From the NCBI GenBank assembly GCA_018895235.1, contig JAHIOM010000010.1, positions 2,406 to 66,405 of the forward strand: a DNA stretch of 64,000 nt, in the 5' to 3' direction. Below the pieces are notes generated by a model. It ran no database searches. It was not told where the DNA came from and saw nothing but the letters and a program-made list of their open reading frames with translations. Positions 1 to 8,477 of this stretch are shown in pieces; positions within the stretch are counted from its first letter, which is position 1, and each line of letters opens with the position of its first letter. Source of the DNA: Patescibacteria group bacterium (GTDB lineage: Bacteria; Patescibacteriota; Minisyncoccia; Minisyncoccales; Staskawiczbacteraceae). The position numbers were made by a program, and so were the translations under genes.

Positions 1-1
1 T

Positions 2-1432
2 TTCTGCCAGAAAAAAAGGATAAGACCTGACAAATTTTTAGAGAAGATCTTAATAAAAAGGGCAATCCGCTCGCTTTCTGGGGTAGCCATAGTTTCTGTT
101 TTAACTAAACCGTACCCTTGTCCCGGTAAATGCCTTTATTGCCCAACAGAAAAAGGAATGCCTAAATCCTATCTTTCGAATGAACCGGCTGTAATGAGGG
201 CTATTTTGAATAAATTTGATCCTAAAAAACAAATAGAAAACCGGCTGAAATCTTTGAAACTACAGGGCCACCCAACAGATAAAATAGAATTAATTGTTAT
301 CGGAGGAACTTGGTCGTATTTACCTAAAAATTATCAAGGAAATTTTATCAAAAATTGTTTTGACGCGACAAACGGAAGTTTATCAAGAAATTTGGAATCT
401 GCCCAAAAATTAAATGAAAAAGCCAAACATAGGATAATAGGAATAACTGTTGAAACCAGACCTGATTTTATAGACAAAAAAGAGGTTTTGCGTTTACGCC
501 AATTAGGTGTTACCAGGGTAGAGATGGGGATTCAGAGTATTTATGACGATATTTTGAGGTTTAATTTAAGGGGTCATCTTGTGAAAAACAGTATTGAAGC
601 AACAAAACTTTTAAAAAATGCGGGTTTTAAGGTTTGCTATCATATAATGCCCAATCTTCCGAAATCAGATTTAAAAAAAGATGAAAAAACGTTCAAAGAA
701 CTATTTTCCAATCCTGATTTCCAGCCGGATTTATTAAAAATATATCCTTGCGCCATTTTAAAAGAGGCACCGCTTTATAAGTTATGGGGGGAAGGGAAAT
801 ATAAACCTTATACCGAAAAACAACTGACAAACCTTTTATTAAGAATAAAAAAACAAATACCTTATTATTGCCGAATTCAAAGATTAACTCGGGATATTCC
901 TTCGCCGAGTATTATTGTTGGCCCTGCTAAAATTTCTAATATGCGCCAGGTCTTGGCTAAAATATCGAAAAAACAAGGTTGGCAATGCAAATGTATAAGA
1001 TGCCGCGAGGTAAGAGAGAATTATTTTCCAAAAGAGAAATTATATTTATTTCGCCAGGATTATTCGGCTTCTGGCGGCAAGGAGATATTTTTGAGCTATG
1101 AAAATAAAAATAGAAACCGGCTTTATAGTTTGCTGAGATTAAGAATTTCTTTTGAAAATCAGTTTATTCCTATATTAAAAAACGCTGCCATAATTCGAGA
1201 ACTCCACACTTATGGCCAGCTGCATCCTTTAGTTTACGGAGGTCGAACCCCTATAAAATCTCCGCAACATAAAGGATTGGGCAAAAAATTAATAAAAAAA
1301 GCAGAGGAGATAACAAAAAAAGAATTTGGACTAAAAAAAATCGCCGTGATATCCGGCGTTGGAGTAAGAATATATTATAGAAAACTCAAATATAAATTAG
1401 AGAATACCTATATGATTAAAAAACTCTACTGA
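2..1432 (+). CDS. elp3: Elp3-type radical SAM + GNAT acetyltransferase (tRNA U34 modification family); 5' end runs off the window
   Basis: The frame is open from nt 2. Upstream of the track ATG (158) it reads VSVLTKPYPCPGKCLYCPTEKG, where CPGKCLYC is the CX3CX2C radical-SAM motif. C-terminal QHKGLGKKLIKKAE resembles a GNAT acetyl-CoA loop. Confidence 0.8.
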   Translation, partial: FCQKKRIRPDKFLEKILIKRAIRSLSGVAIVSVLTKPYPCPGKCLYCPTEKGMPKSYLSNEPAVMRAILNKFDPKKQIENRLKSLKLQGHPTDKIELIVIGGTWSYLPKNYQGNFIKNCFDATNGSLSRNLESAQKLNEKAKHRIIGITVETRPDFIDKKEVLRLRQLGVTRVEMGIQSIYDDILRFNLRGHLVKNSIEATKLLKNAGFKVCYHIMPNLPKSDLKKDEKTFKELFSNPDFQPDLLKIYPCAILKEAPLYKLWGEGKYKPYTEKQLTNLLLRIKKQIPYYCRIQRLTRDIPSPSIIVGPAKISNMRQVLAKISKKQGWQCKCIRCREVRENYFPKEKLYLFRQDYSASGGKEIFLSYENKNRNRLYSLLRLRISFENQFIPILKNAAIIRELHTYGQLHPLVYGGRTPIKSPQHKGLGKKLIKKAEEITKKEFGLKKIAVISGVGVRIYYRKLKYKLENTYMIKKLY

Positions 1433-1449
1433 CCAGCGGAGTTTTTTAA

Positions 1450-2394
1450 TCAATTTCTTTTAACTCTTATCAATCCTGAACAGGGAATAATTTCAATTCC
1501 TTGTTTTTCTAACTCGTCTAAAAATAAATTGATACCCAAAGAATCAGAGGACATATGCCCGGCAATAACAATATTAACATTGGCCGCTTCGGCTTCTTTT
1601 TTATTTTCTTCTGAAATATGCATACCAACTACCGTACCTATCCCCGCTTGAGCCATTTTCTCATAAATCTTAGGGGAACCCTCTGTACCGCCGGTAATTT
1701 CGGTAACGGCTATTTTACCGCAGCGATTTTCTGGATTTCCTACAAAAATTTTAGGACCTGCTCCAATTTTCATTGCTTCTTTATATTCCGGGATTTCTTT
1801 CAATAAACTTACCAAATCACTTAAAGTATTCGGTTCTTTCCCCTCCACTTTCTCTTTTAGGAATTTGGCGGCCAGATTGTCGCAGGTTGTATGTAAACAC
1901 ATTAAGCTAAATCCTAGCAACTTGGCTGTATCTACCGTTCTTTGATGGTTGGCCTTATTAACCCCCCGAGCCACCTCGCCAACTTTCTCGCGCATTAATC
2001 CTTCAGCCACATTAATCGGCACACCATACAAATTTAGAACATCGCATTGTAGAGCCATAACGTCAGCTAGATGTGCTAATCCTTTTCCCAACGGATGATG
2101 AGAAATAATTAAATCAATACCACCTAATTCTTTTGCTAATAAAATCTCGGCGGGATCAATATCAATACCAAACAAAACTTTCTTTATTTCTTTGTCATCA
2201 GCAATATTTAAAATTCTTGAATCGGAATAGGGGTTTTCTAAAGATTCTAAATCAAACTCTGCCTTTTCTTTTTCGGATAGTTTGTCATATTTTTCTTTTT
2301 TTTGCTGCAATAATTTCTGAACAAAATTAGCTCCCCTTAAATCGGACTCAATGCCAATTTTTATTGCTAAATTATAGATTTCTTTAACTTTCAT
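1450..2394 (-). CDS. NIF3/YbgI-family dinuclear metal protein (GTP cyclohydrolase 1 type 2 homolog)
   Basis: GIDLIISHHPL motif and C-terminal NIVIAGHMSSDSLG are typical of the NIF3 family. 314 aa. Confidence 0.7.
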   Translation of the reverse strand: MKVKEIYNLAIKIGIESDLRGANFVQKLLQQKKEKYDKLSEKEKAEFDLESLENPYSDSRILNIADDKEIKKVLFGIDIDPAEILLAKELGGIDLIISHHPLGKGLAHLADVMALQCDVLNLYGVPINVAEGLMREKVGEVARGVNKANHQRTVDTAKLLGFSLMCLHTTCDNLAAKFLKEKVEGKEPNTLSDLVSLLKEIPEYKEAMKIGAGPKIFVGNPENRCGKIAVTEITGGTEGSPKIYEKMAQAGIGTVVGMHISEENKKEAEAANVNIVIAGHMSSDSLGINLFLDELEKQGIEIIPCSGLIRVKRN

Positions 2395-2545
2395 TTTTTG
2401 ATTTAATGTCTGTTTTTATAAACCTTGAAATAAGTTTAATAATTGATTCATCTTGTTTTTTAGGATCAAAAATCTCCCGGCGAATCCGAGCTTTTTCTCT
2501 GCGAATAAATTTCCTGACAGATTTTGCCATTCTTTTTCTCTCCAT
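2384..2545 (-). CDS. small basic protein, unknown (53 aa, below the ORF-track cutoff)
   Basis: ATG at 2545 reads MERKRMAKSVRKFIRREKARIRREIFDPKKQ. Its stop overlaps the NIF3 start. It lies directly downstream of the TTGATT-N16-TATAGT box of repeat copy A. Confidence 0.3.
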   Translation of the reverse strand: MERKRMAKSVRKFIRREKARIRREIFDPKKQDESIIKLISRFIKTDIKSKNES

Positions 2546-2625
2546 AATATAAAAAAATTACTCCTGAATTTAAAAAATAGCAGTTGAGAAGTAAAAAAGA
2601 CATAACTTATGTCTTTTAATTCAAG

Positions 2626-2687
2626 ACTATATGATTATACATTAGCGAATCAAGGTTCTGAAAAAGCTTTGCTTTTTCAGGTTCTTA
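2626..2687 (-). repeat. hairpin cassette family, copy A (AAGAACC - 9-bp hairpin - GAACCTTGATTCGCTAATGT plus -10-like TATAGT)
   Basis: The minus strand reads AAGAACC TGAAAAAGC AA GCTTTTTCA GAACCTTGATTCGCTAATGTATAATCATATAGT. The same flanks occur at 15145, 25553, 29144 and 50610. Confidence 0.8.
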
Positions 2688-2811
2688 TATTTTATAACAA
2701 ATCACGAAAAAAAGCAACCTTATCCGCCTTTTATTGCAACTAAGGGTATTAATTTTGCCGCATTTTTAAAACAAATGAAAAGGCTCAGTTTAAAACCGAG
2801 CCTATGTTTTG

Positions 2812-2991
2812 GCGTCTCGTCTGGCGAGACGAGAAGTGTAAAATAACCCAGGACTGGGCAGGAAAGGAACCCAGTCCCGGGGAGCTAACCTGCGCCCGCT
2901 CACCCATGTTCACAGGCGGAGGAAGACCTGTAACACAGAGGCGCAGTTTATAGAAGGAAGCCGGAGGGTGCTTCCTTCCAGCTCTTTTTTA
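2812..2991 (+). ncRNA. candidate structured small RNA, class unknown
   Basis: A visibly GC-rich island in AT-rich intergenic DNA. Hairpins at 2814-2834, 2852-2859/2871-2878 (perfect 8 bp), 2891-2897/2941-2947 enclosing 2913-2917/2928-2932, and a 9-bp stem 2954-2962/2971-2979 followed by CAGCUCUUUUUU. There is no plus-strand CDS downstream. Confidence 0.35.
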
Positions 2992-3009
2992 GTATAAAAA
3001 GCGGCAAAA

Positions 3010-3198
3010 TTAGGCGGCTTTTCGTTTTGATGCAAACTGCTGTTGAAGGTGTGTTTTAAGTTTCCAAATAGCAGATATTATTTTCCGGACATGGTCGTGT
3101 TCTTTGTGCGCAGCGTAACGAAGATATAATAGCGCTCCGATTGATACACCTAAAGACGCCAAAGAGAATATAAATGACAACACAATCAATGTTTTCAC
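3010..3198 (-). CDS. small membrane protein, unknown
   Basis: 62-aa ORF with one hydrophobic N-terminal segment (LIVLSFIFSLASLGVSIGALLYL). No recognisable family. Confidence 0.4.
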   Translation of the reverse strand: MKTLIVLSFIFSLASLGVSIGALLYLRYAAHKEHDHVRKIISAIWKLKTHLQQQFASKRKAA

Positions 3199-3279
3199 TG
3201 CTGTCTCCTTCCCGACTTTTTTAGATTTAAAGGTTCGTTTATTTTTAATTTAGCTATTTATTATAATTTGTCAACTGTT

Positions 3280-4575
3280 TTAGATACCAATGCCTAATTT
3301 TTTAAGCTCTTCTTTTGTAATCTGGCGGTCATCCCAGGGAATCTTTTTACCAGAAACCATCATTAACTGCTCGGTTCCTTTTCCTAAAACTAAAACAATA
3401 TCATTTTCTCCCGCCAGTTTTAATCCTTTTTTAATTGCTTTTCTCCTATCTAAAATTTCGTACAGGTTGGGTAGCTCAAATCCAGTTTTTAAAATACCTG
3501 ATTTTATCTCAGACAAAATCTGCTCTGGATTTTCGTCATATGGGTCTTCATTGGTTAAAATAATTGTATTGGAATTTTGAGCGGCGATTTTGCCTAATAA
3601 GGGCCTTTTCCATTTGTCCCGACCACCGCCAGCCGAACCAAAAACAGAAATAATTTTGTTGTGGGGTAGAAATTTAACGGATTTAAATACCTCTTCATAA
3701 GAATCCGGGGTATGCGCCAAATCAACAATCACTTTAAATGGCTTTTCTATTACTAACTCCATTCTACCTGGTATTGTTTCAATCTTTTCTAAGGCCTTTT
3801 TGCAATTTTCTAAACTTTCCCCCTGCGAGATGCTAATACAAATTGCGGCTAAAGCATTATAAACATTGAATTTTCCTAAAAGTTTTAAATTAAAATCTAT
3901 ATTGTTAATAGAAAATTTTGCTCCTTCTTTTGATTCTTGAATATTTTCTGCAAAAACCATATTTGCCTGCTTATTTTTTGCGCCAAATATTAATTTTCTT
4001 TCTGCTGGAAATTTCATGAAATATTCTACATTTTCATCATCAAAATTAAGAATGTGGTTTTTTTTAGTAGATTTAAACAATCGTCCCTTGCAGAATCTAT
4101 AATTCTCAAAACTGCCATGCGCTTCAATGTGCTCGGGTTTTAAATTAGTAAAAACAGCAGTATTAAAATCAATAAACTTATGGCGATGTTGTTTTATTCC
4201 TTCAGATGTCACCTCCAAAATAGCGAATTTGCAACCAGTCCTAACCGCGTCTTTTAAAAACTGCTGGACAGCAAAACGGCCGGGCATTGTCATATGATAT
4301 GGATTAAGTTGTTCTTTCTCTCCAATTTTAATAGTGGCTGATGTAAGCCAGGCAACTTTGGCGCCATTTTCCTCTAAAATTTTCCCAGCTAACATAACTG
4401 TAGTAGACTTGCCTTTCGTACCGGTTACCCCGATAACAATTAACTTTTTAGAAGGAAAACCATACCAAAAAGCGCTTATGAGCGCTAATTGATAGTGATA
4501 AAGACCCAATAACGATTTTGGGATAATTTTTTCTATTATTTTTTTGAAAGACATAGCGAGTTTAACCCTGCCCAA
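3280..4575 (-). CDS. murE: Mur ligase family protein, MurE-like
   Basis: P-loop VIGVTGTKGKSTT, then EVTSEG..QHRH, and C-terminal LTNEDPYDENPEQI at the position of the MurE DNPR motif. Confidence 0.65.
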   Translation of the reverse strand: MGRVKLAMSFKKIIEKIIPKSLLGLYHYQLALISAFWYGFPSKKLIVIGVTGTKGKSTTVMLAGKILEENGAKVAWLTSATIKIGEKEQLNPYHMTMPGRFAVQQFLKDAVRTGCKFAILEVTSEGIKQHRHKFIDFNTAVFTNLKPEHIEAHGSFENYRFCKGRLFKSTKKNHILNFDDENVEYFMKFPAERKLIFGAKNKQANMVFAENIQESKEGAKFSINNIDFNLKLLGKFNVYNALAAICISISQGESLENCKKALEKIETIPGRMELVIEKPFKVIVDLAHTPDSYEEVFKSVKFLPHNKIISVFGSAGGGRDKWKRPLLGKIAAQNSNTIILTNEDPYDENPEQILSEIKSGILKTGFELPNLYEILDRRKAIKKGLKLAGENDIVLVLGKGTEQLMMVSGKKIPWDDRQITKEELKKLGIGI

Positions 4576-5140
4576 GCATTTGAAGGGCTATTTTAACTCT
4601 TTCTTGAGCATCTTTTATATCCTTGGGGATTTTTGATATTACCTCTTTTGTTTTTTGTTTAGAAAAACCCAATCTGATTAAAGTATCCTCTACCTCGTCT
4701 GCGCCTGACGTTCTTTTCTTTAAAAAAGTATTTATTCTGCCGGTAAGCTCCAAAATTATAGACATCGCTCTTTTTTGGCCTATACCTGGGATCGATTGGA
4801 AAATCGTTTCATCCTGCCTTAAAATTTTATCTTTCAGTTTTTCTAAAGGACCTAAAGAGGCTATCTCAATTGCTACCTTAGGACCAATTCCTCTGATGTC
4901 GTTTAATATCTCAAAGAATTCTAGTTCTTGATAATCAAAAAAGCCATATAAATCCAGGGCTGTTTCTTTAACGTCTTGAAAACAAAAAAGTTTGATAGTT
5001 CGACCCTGCTCACTACCGATTTCTGGTAAGTTGAAGGTGGATTTTTTAGATAAAAAAACTTTGTAACCAACGCTGTTTACACTTATAATCACGAATTTCT
5101 CTCTTTTTAAAATAAGTTTACCTTCTAAATGGGAAATCAT
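4562..5140 (-). CDS. ruvA: Holliday junction DNA helicase subunit RuvA
   Basis: N-terminal MISHLEGKL...VNSVGYKVF, and helix-hairpin-helix motifs GIGPKVAIEI and IPGIGQKRA. Confidence 0.9.
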   Translation of the reverse strand: MISHLEGKLILKREKFVIISVNSVGYKVFLSKKSTFNLPEIGSEQGRTIKLFCFQDVKETALDLYGFFDYQELEFFEILNDIRGIGPKVAIEIASLGPLEKLKDKILRQDETIFQSIPGIGQKRAMSIILELTGRINTFLKKRTSGADEVEDTLIRLGFSKQKTKEVISKIPKDIKDAQERVKIALQMLGQG

Positions 5141-5177
5141 ACTTCTATTGTATATGGATTTTAAACTAATTTCAAAG

Positions 5178-5212
5178 CCAGAGCACTAAAATTAGAGATT
5201 TTAGTGCTCTGG
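5178..5212. repeat. perfect 15-bp inverted repeat with a 5-nt loop
   Basis: CCAGAGCACTAAAAT tagag ATTTTAGTGCTCTGG, in the ruvA / HEAT-gene divergent intergenic region. Confidence 0.9.
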
Positions 5213-5407
5213 TTAAACCAAATAAAAACTCCGGAAAGACTAGAGATTTTAAAGAATTTTAAGCTGGACAAAGTTGATAAAATAACAATATCGATGAAAA
5301 AAGCCGCCAATAATCTTGATTTTGAGAGGGCGGCAGAAGTAAGGGATTTAATCCTTCGACTCAATATTGGATTAACTGTAAAAATAAAAAACCAAGGCAA
5401 AAATTAG
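5204..5407 (+). CDS. UVR-domain mini-protein or UvrB C-terminal remnant
   Basis: MKKAANNLDFERAAEVRDLILRL matches the UVR motif of the UvrB/UvrC interaction domain. The track start is a GTG inside the hairpin. An in-frame ATG at 5294 would give 37 aa. Confidence 0.3.
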   Translation: MLWLNQIKTPERLEILKNFKLDKVDKITISMKKAANNLDFERAAEVRDLILRLNIGLTVKIKNQGKN

Positions 5408-5414
5408 AAAAAGG

Positions 5415-5443
5415 TTGACAAGAATTAAGTGGTATGCTATAAT
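5415..5443 (+). promoter_or_regulatory. sigma70-type promoter (TTGACA-N17-TATAAT)
   Basis: TTGACA at 5415-5420, 17-nt spacer, TATAAT at 5438-5443. AAGGAG lies upstream of the ATG at 5505. Confidence 0.7.
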
Positions 5444-5504
5444 ATAATCAGTACTTACTATAAGCGGCGTCTCGGTTTCAAAAACCCTTTTAAGGAGAAT
5501 AATT

Positions 5505-6170
5505 ATGCCAACGGAAAATGAAAATGCGATCAAGTCACGGAAAAAGAAGTTAGTGGTAACAATGGTTGTAATCTCAGTCATTGTGCTGGCTGGAAGCGTT
5601 ATCACGGCTTGGCAAATCTCTGCCAACGTTGCAACGCGGAGGGAACGAGAAAAGGAGAAAAAACTCCTATCCGTCCTCAAGGAGAGAATGGCGGATAACG
5701 AGTCCGATCTCAGATTGGGGGCGGTGCGGTACATCGGCGAAATCAAAAAGCCGATTGCTTATCCGCTTCTTATCGAAGCTCTTCACGACCCCGACAGCGA
5801 AGTAGTTATGTTGGCTAAAGAGACTTTAACCAAAGAGGGAATCGGTGAACAAGCCGTGGCCCTGCTGATCAAAACCCTGTCTTTGGACGAACCCCCTGAT
5901 ATTAGCCAGGCAGCTGAGAATTGTCTGGTAAAAATTGGGGAACCCGGCATCCAGGCATTAATAAACGCCTTGGATACTAGAAATAAAATCGTCCGAAACC
6001 GGCTAGGGTCCTGTCTGGTTAAAATAAAGCCAAGAATGGTCGTCAAAGAACGGCTAAACGAAGCTTTTAAAGACGATTCCAAGCCGGCTGTTTCGCTGGC
6101 GGCCAAAGAGATCCTCTATAAAATGGAGAAAGAAAGACCGCCCGCAGCCACTCCGCCTCTATCCCCGTAA
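5505..6170 (+). CDS. membrane-anchored HEAT-repeat (PBS-lyase-like) protein
   Basis: N-terminal TM segment (LVVTMVVISVIVLAGSVITAW). Repeats of the type LRLGAVRYIGEI..AYPLLIEALHDPDSEV. The gene is visibly more GC-rich than its neighbours. Confidence 0.6.
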   Translation: MPTENENAIKSRKKKLVVTMVVISVIVLAGSVITAWQISANVATRREREKEKKLLSVLKERMADNESDLRLGAVRYIGEIKKPIAYPLLIEALHDPDSEVVMLAKETLTKEGIGEQAVALLIKTLSLDEPPDISQAAENCLVKIGEPGIQALINALDTRNKIVRNRLGSCLVKIKPRMVVKERLNEAFKDDSKPAVSLAAKEILYKMEKERPPAATPPLSP

Positions 6171-6191
6171 AAATACAGGGGCGGAAACGCA

Positions 6192-6227
6192 AGAAGCGCC
6201 TGAATAAATTCAAGCGCTTCTTTTTTT
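6192..6227. terminator. bidirectional intrinsic terminator
   Basis: AGAAGCGC (14-nt loop) GCGCTTCT followed by a T-run. It lies between convergent genes 5505..6170 (+) and 6230..8341 (-). Confidence 0.7.
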
Positions 6228-6229
6228 GT

Positions 6230-8341
6230 TTATTTATTTTTATTTTCTGAATTTTGTTTGCCGGCTTCTAAAATCCTTTTGTCCAGTTTGTTTTGCAGGC
6301 CGTGGTTGAATTTATTGAACTCTTCTAAAGAGGGGAATGTTTTTCCGCCAAATTTTATTTTTGTCTTATTAAATAAAGAGGGCCTCATTTTCTTGATTTG
6401 AGACATTTTATATCCAGCATTAAATAGGGCAGCAATTTCTCCTTGGTCTAAATTAAAGTACTGGTTAAATAGTAATTCCCCTTTTTCAAATTTCTCCTTT
6501 TCTTTTTTAGAAAGACTAGTAGCAATAATCTTTTTGTATTCTTGCTCTTGAAGTTGTTTTAATTGCTCCCCATCGGTCTTTATCCCTTTTTGTTCGGTTG
6601 CTGACTCGCCAACTTTTGTTTCTTCTTTTTCTTCTGCCCCTTCGGGTTCTATTATTGTTTCTTTAATCCCAGCAACTCTTCTAATTGTTTCTCCCATTAT
6701 TCTATTTTTTCTCCTAACTAACCTATTTCTGCCTTCAATAAATCTACGGTCCATTTCATTTTTTGCTTCATCTTTAACAAAACTATCAAACCTATTTTGT
6801 ATCGTTTTCGTCCAAATTTTGAATTCGTATATTTTTGTCTTACTATAGGGAGGATATCCACCTGTTGGAAATATTATTTTTTTACCGGACCACCAACCCC
6901 CCTTAACCTCAATGTCTTGAGGTTTATAACCCGACCCCATAAGTTCATAATAAACATCTTTTGAAAGAGTTACGCCTTTTTCCTCTAATTGTTTTGTTAC
7001 ATTTTCTCTCTCCTTTTCTTTTTTTTCAAAAAGTTCTTCAATATTGTGCCCGTATTCTTCTCTGTCCATTACACTCATGCTTTCTCTAACACATGCCTCC
7101 CGTCTTTCTTTCTGCATTCTTTTTTCCATCTTATCTATGTTTCCTGGATTATAATATTCTTTTTTCGTAACAACCCTACCCCCTTCTCGCGCTATCTCGT
7201 TTTTGGCTTCATTTCTCACTTTTTCTCCTAAATCTTCACCTGTTAAAGATTTGGTTATTTCTTTGGCTTTTTCATATAATTCCTTGGCTATTTTTTCCTT
7301 TGTTTTTTTCTCTTCTCCTTCACCAGGCGCCTCTAAAATTCCTTCGATCTCATTGTGAACCCTTCCTAATTCTGTTTTTAAATTAGCGGTTCTTTCTTCT
7401 TCTCTATTCTCTATTTCTTTTTTCGCTTCTTTGTTAGCAACTCCTTTTTTAACTTCTTTTAATAGTTCTTGTCGCGCTTTATTATTACATTCAATATTAT
7501 CCACTTTTTTCCCTTTTTTTCTCGAACTTTCTGCTTTCTCGTAAGCCAGCCTATTCAGTTCCTCGTCTTGATTACCTTTTTTTTCGGAAGATAAAACATC
7601 TAATCTCTGCCATCTTTGATTGAGCATTTCTAATTTAGTTTTATTGAGAGATTTTGAATCATCTATTGCGGTAAAAAAATCGTTTTCTCGGGTACCTGCT
7701 TCTCCTTTTTCCATCCTTTCTTTTGAACGAAAATAAGCTTCTTTCTGTATCTGTTTATGAAGTGTCGTCCCCTCTTTTACACCCTCACTTAGTTGTTTAA
7801 GAGTGTCTTCTGCGTCTGTAATTTTGTCAGATAAAAATTTCCTTGCAGATTCTGCGGTTTTTGCCCAGGGATATTTTTTATTTTTTGCTTCTTCTAAACC
7901 AGGCAATTCAAACCTTTTGTCTGTTGATTCAATTTGAAAAAGTTGTTTTTTTTCTAATTTGTCACTTCCTTTTTCTTTTTTTTCTCTGCGACTTAAAGCA
8001 GCGCGAATATTGAGGTTTTCTTTATAAGCAGCAACTTTCTCCGGATATTCTTCAATAAATCTATCCCATTCTCGTTCCTCGATCTTTTTATGAACTTTTT
8101 GGCGTACTTCACCATATTCCTTTAATATTCCTTGCCGCGATTCATCATTTAATCCTTCTGTAAATTTATTTGTTATTTCTCTAACTTGCTCATCATTATC
8201 AGTTTGATTTTCAACTTGAGAAAGCGTTCGCTGAATAACAGGATCTAAAATATCATTCTCATAGGTTTTGGTTTTTTCTTCTGTTGTCTCTTCTGATTTT
8301 GGTTCTTCTGGTCTTAATGTTTCAGGATTTTGAGATGTCAT
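6230..8341 (-). CDS. large Glu/Lys-rich, probably coiled-coil protein, unknown function
   Basis: 703-aa uninterrupted ORF with a strongly charged low-complexity composition. No motif recognised. Confidence 0.5.
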   Translation of the reverse strand: MTSQNPETLRPEEPKSEETTEEKTKTYENDILDPVIQRTLSQVENQTDNDEQVREITNKFTEGLNDESRQGILKEYGEVRQKVHKKIEEREWDRFIEEYPEKVAAYKENLNIRAALSRREKKEKGSDKLEKKQLFQIESTDKRFELPGLEEAKNKKYPWAKTAESARKFLSDKITDAEDTLKQLSEGVKEGTTLHKQIQKEAYFRSKERMEKGEAGTRENDFFTAIDDSKSLNKTKLEMLNQRWQRLDVLSSEKKGNQDEELNRLAYEKAESSRKKGKKVDNIECNNKARQELLKEVKKGVANKEAKKEIENREEERTANLKTELGRVHNEIEGILEAPGEGEEKKTKEKIAKELYEKAKEITKSLTGEDLGEKVRNEAKNEIAREGGRVVTKKEYYNPGNIDKMEKRMQKERREACVRESMSVMDREEYGHNIEELFEKKEKERENVTKQLEEKGVTLSKDVYYELMGSGYKPQDIEVKGGWWSGKKIIFPTGGYPPYSKTKIYEFKIWTKTIQNRFDSFVKDEAKNEMDRRFIEGRNRLVRRKNRIMGETIRRVAGIKETIIEPEGAEEKEETKVGESATEQKGIKTDGEQLKQLQEQEYKKIIATSLSKKEKEKFEKGELLFNQYFNLDQGEIAALFNAGYKMSQIKKMRPSLFNKTKIKFGGKTFPSLEEFNKFNHGLQNKLDKRILEAGKQNSENKNK

Positions 8342-8477
8342 ATTTTTGAATTAATCATAATAATTAATAGTATTATTCTAATTTTACTTTAGCATTTTTT
8401 GTTTTCCAGCGCAATTAGGAAATAGGGGGCCTTGTTTTTTTGTCGCCTTTGTGATAAATAATATTTATACAAAAAAT

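Noticed and set aside
2812-2991. SRP RNA or RNase P RNA, suggested by the GGAAAGG and GAGCUAAC strings.
   Set aside because: There is no helix-8 GGAA tetraloop with flanking AGG/AGCA loops. There is no GAGGAAAGUCC or ACAGAA...GGCUUA P4 element. It is much too short for RNase P RNA. It is kept only as an unclassified sRNA candidate.
5372-6106. ORFs 5372..5746 (-), 5581..5805 (+) and 5783..6106 (-).
   Set aside because: These are shadow ORFs inside or antisense to the GC-richer HEAT-repeat gene. They have no RBS, and their low-complexity translations look non-protein-like.
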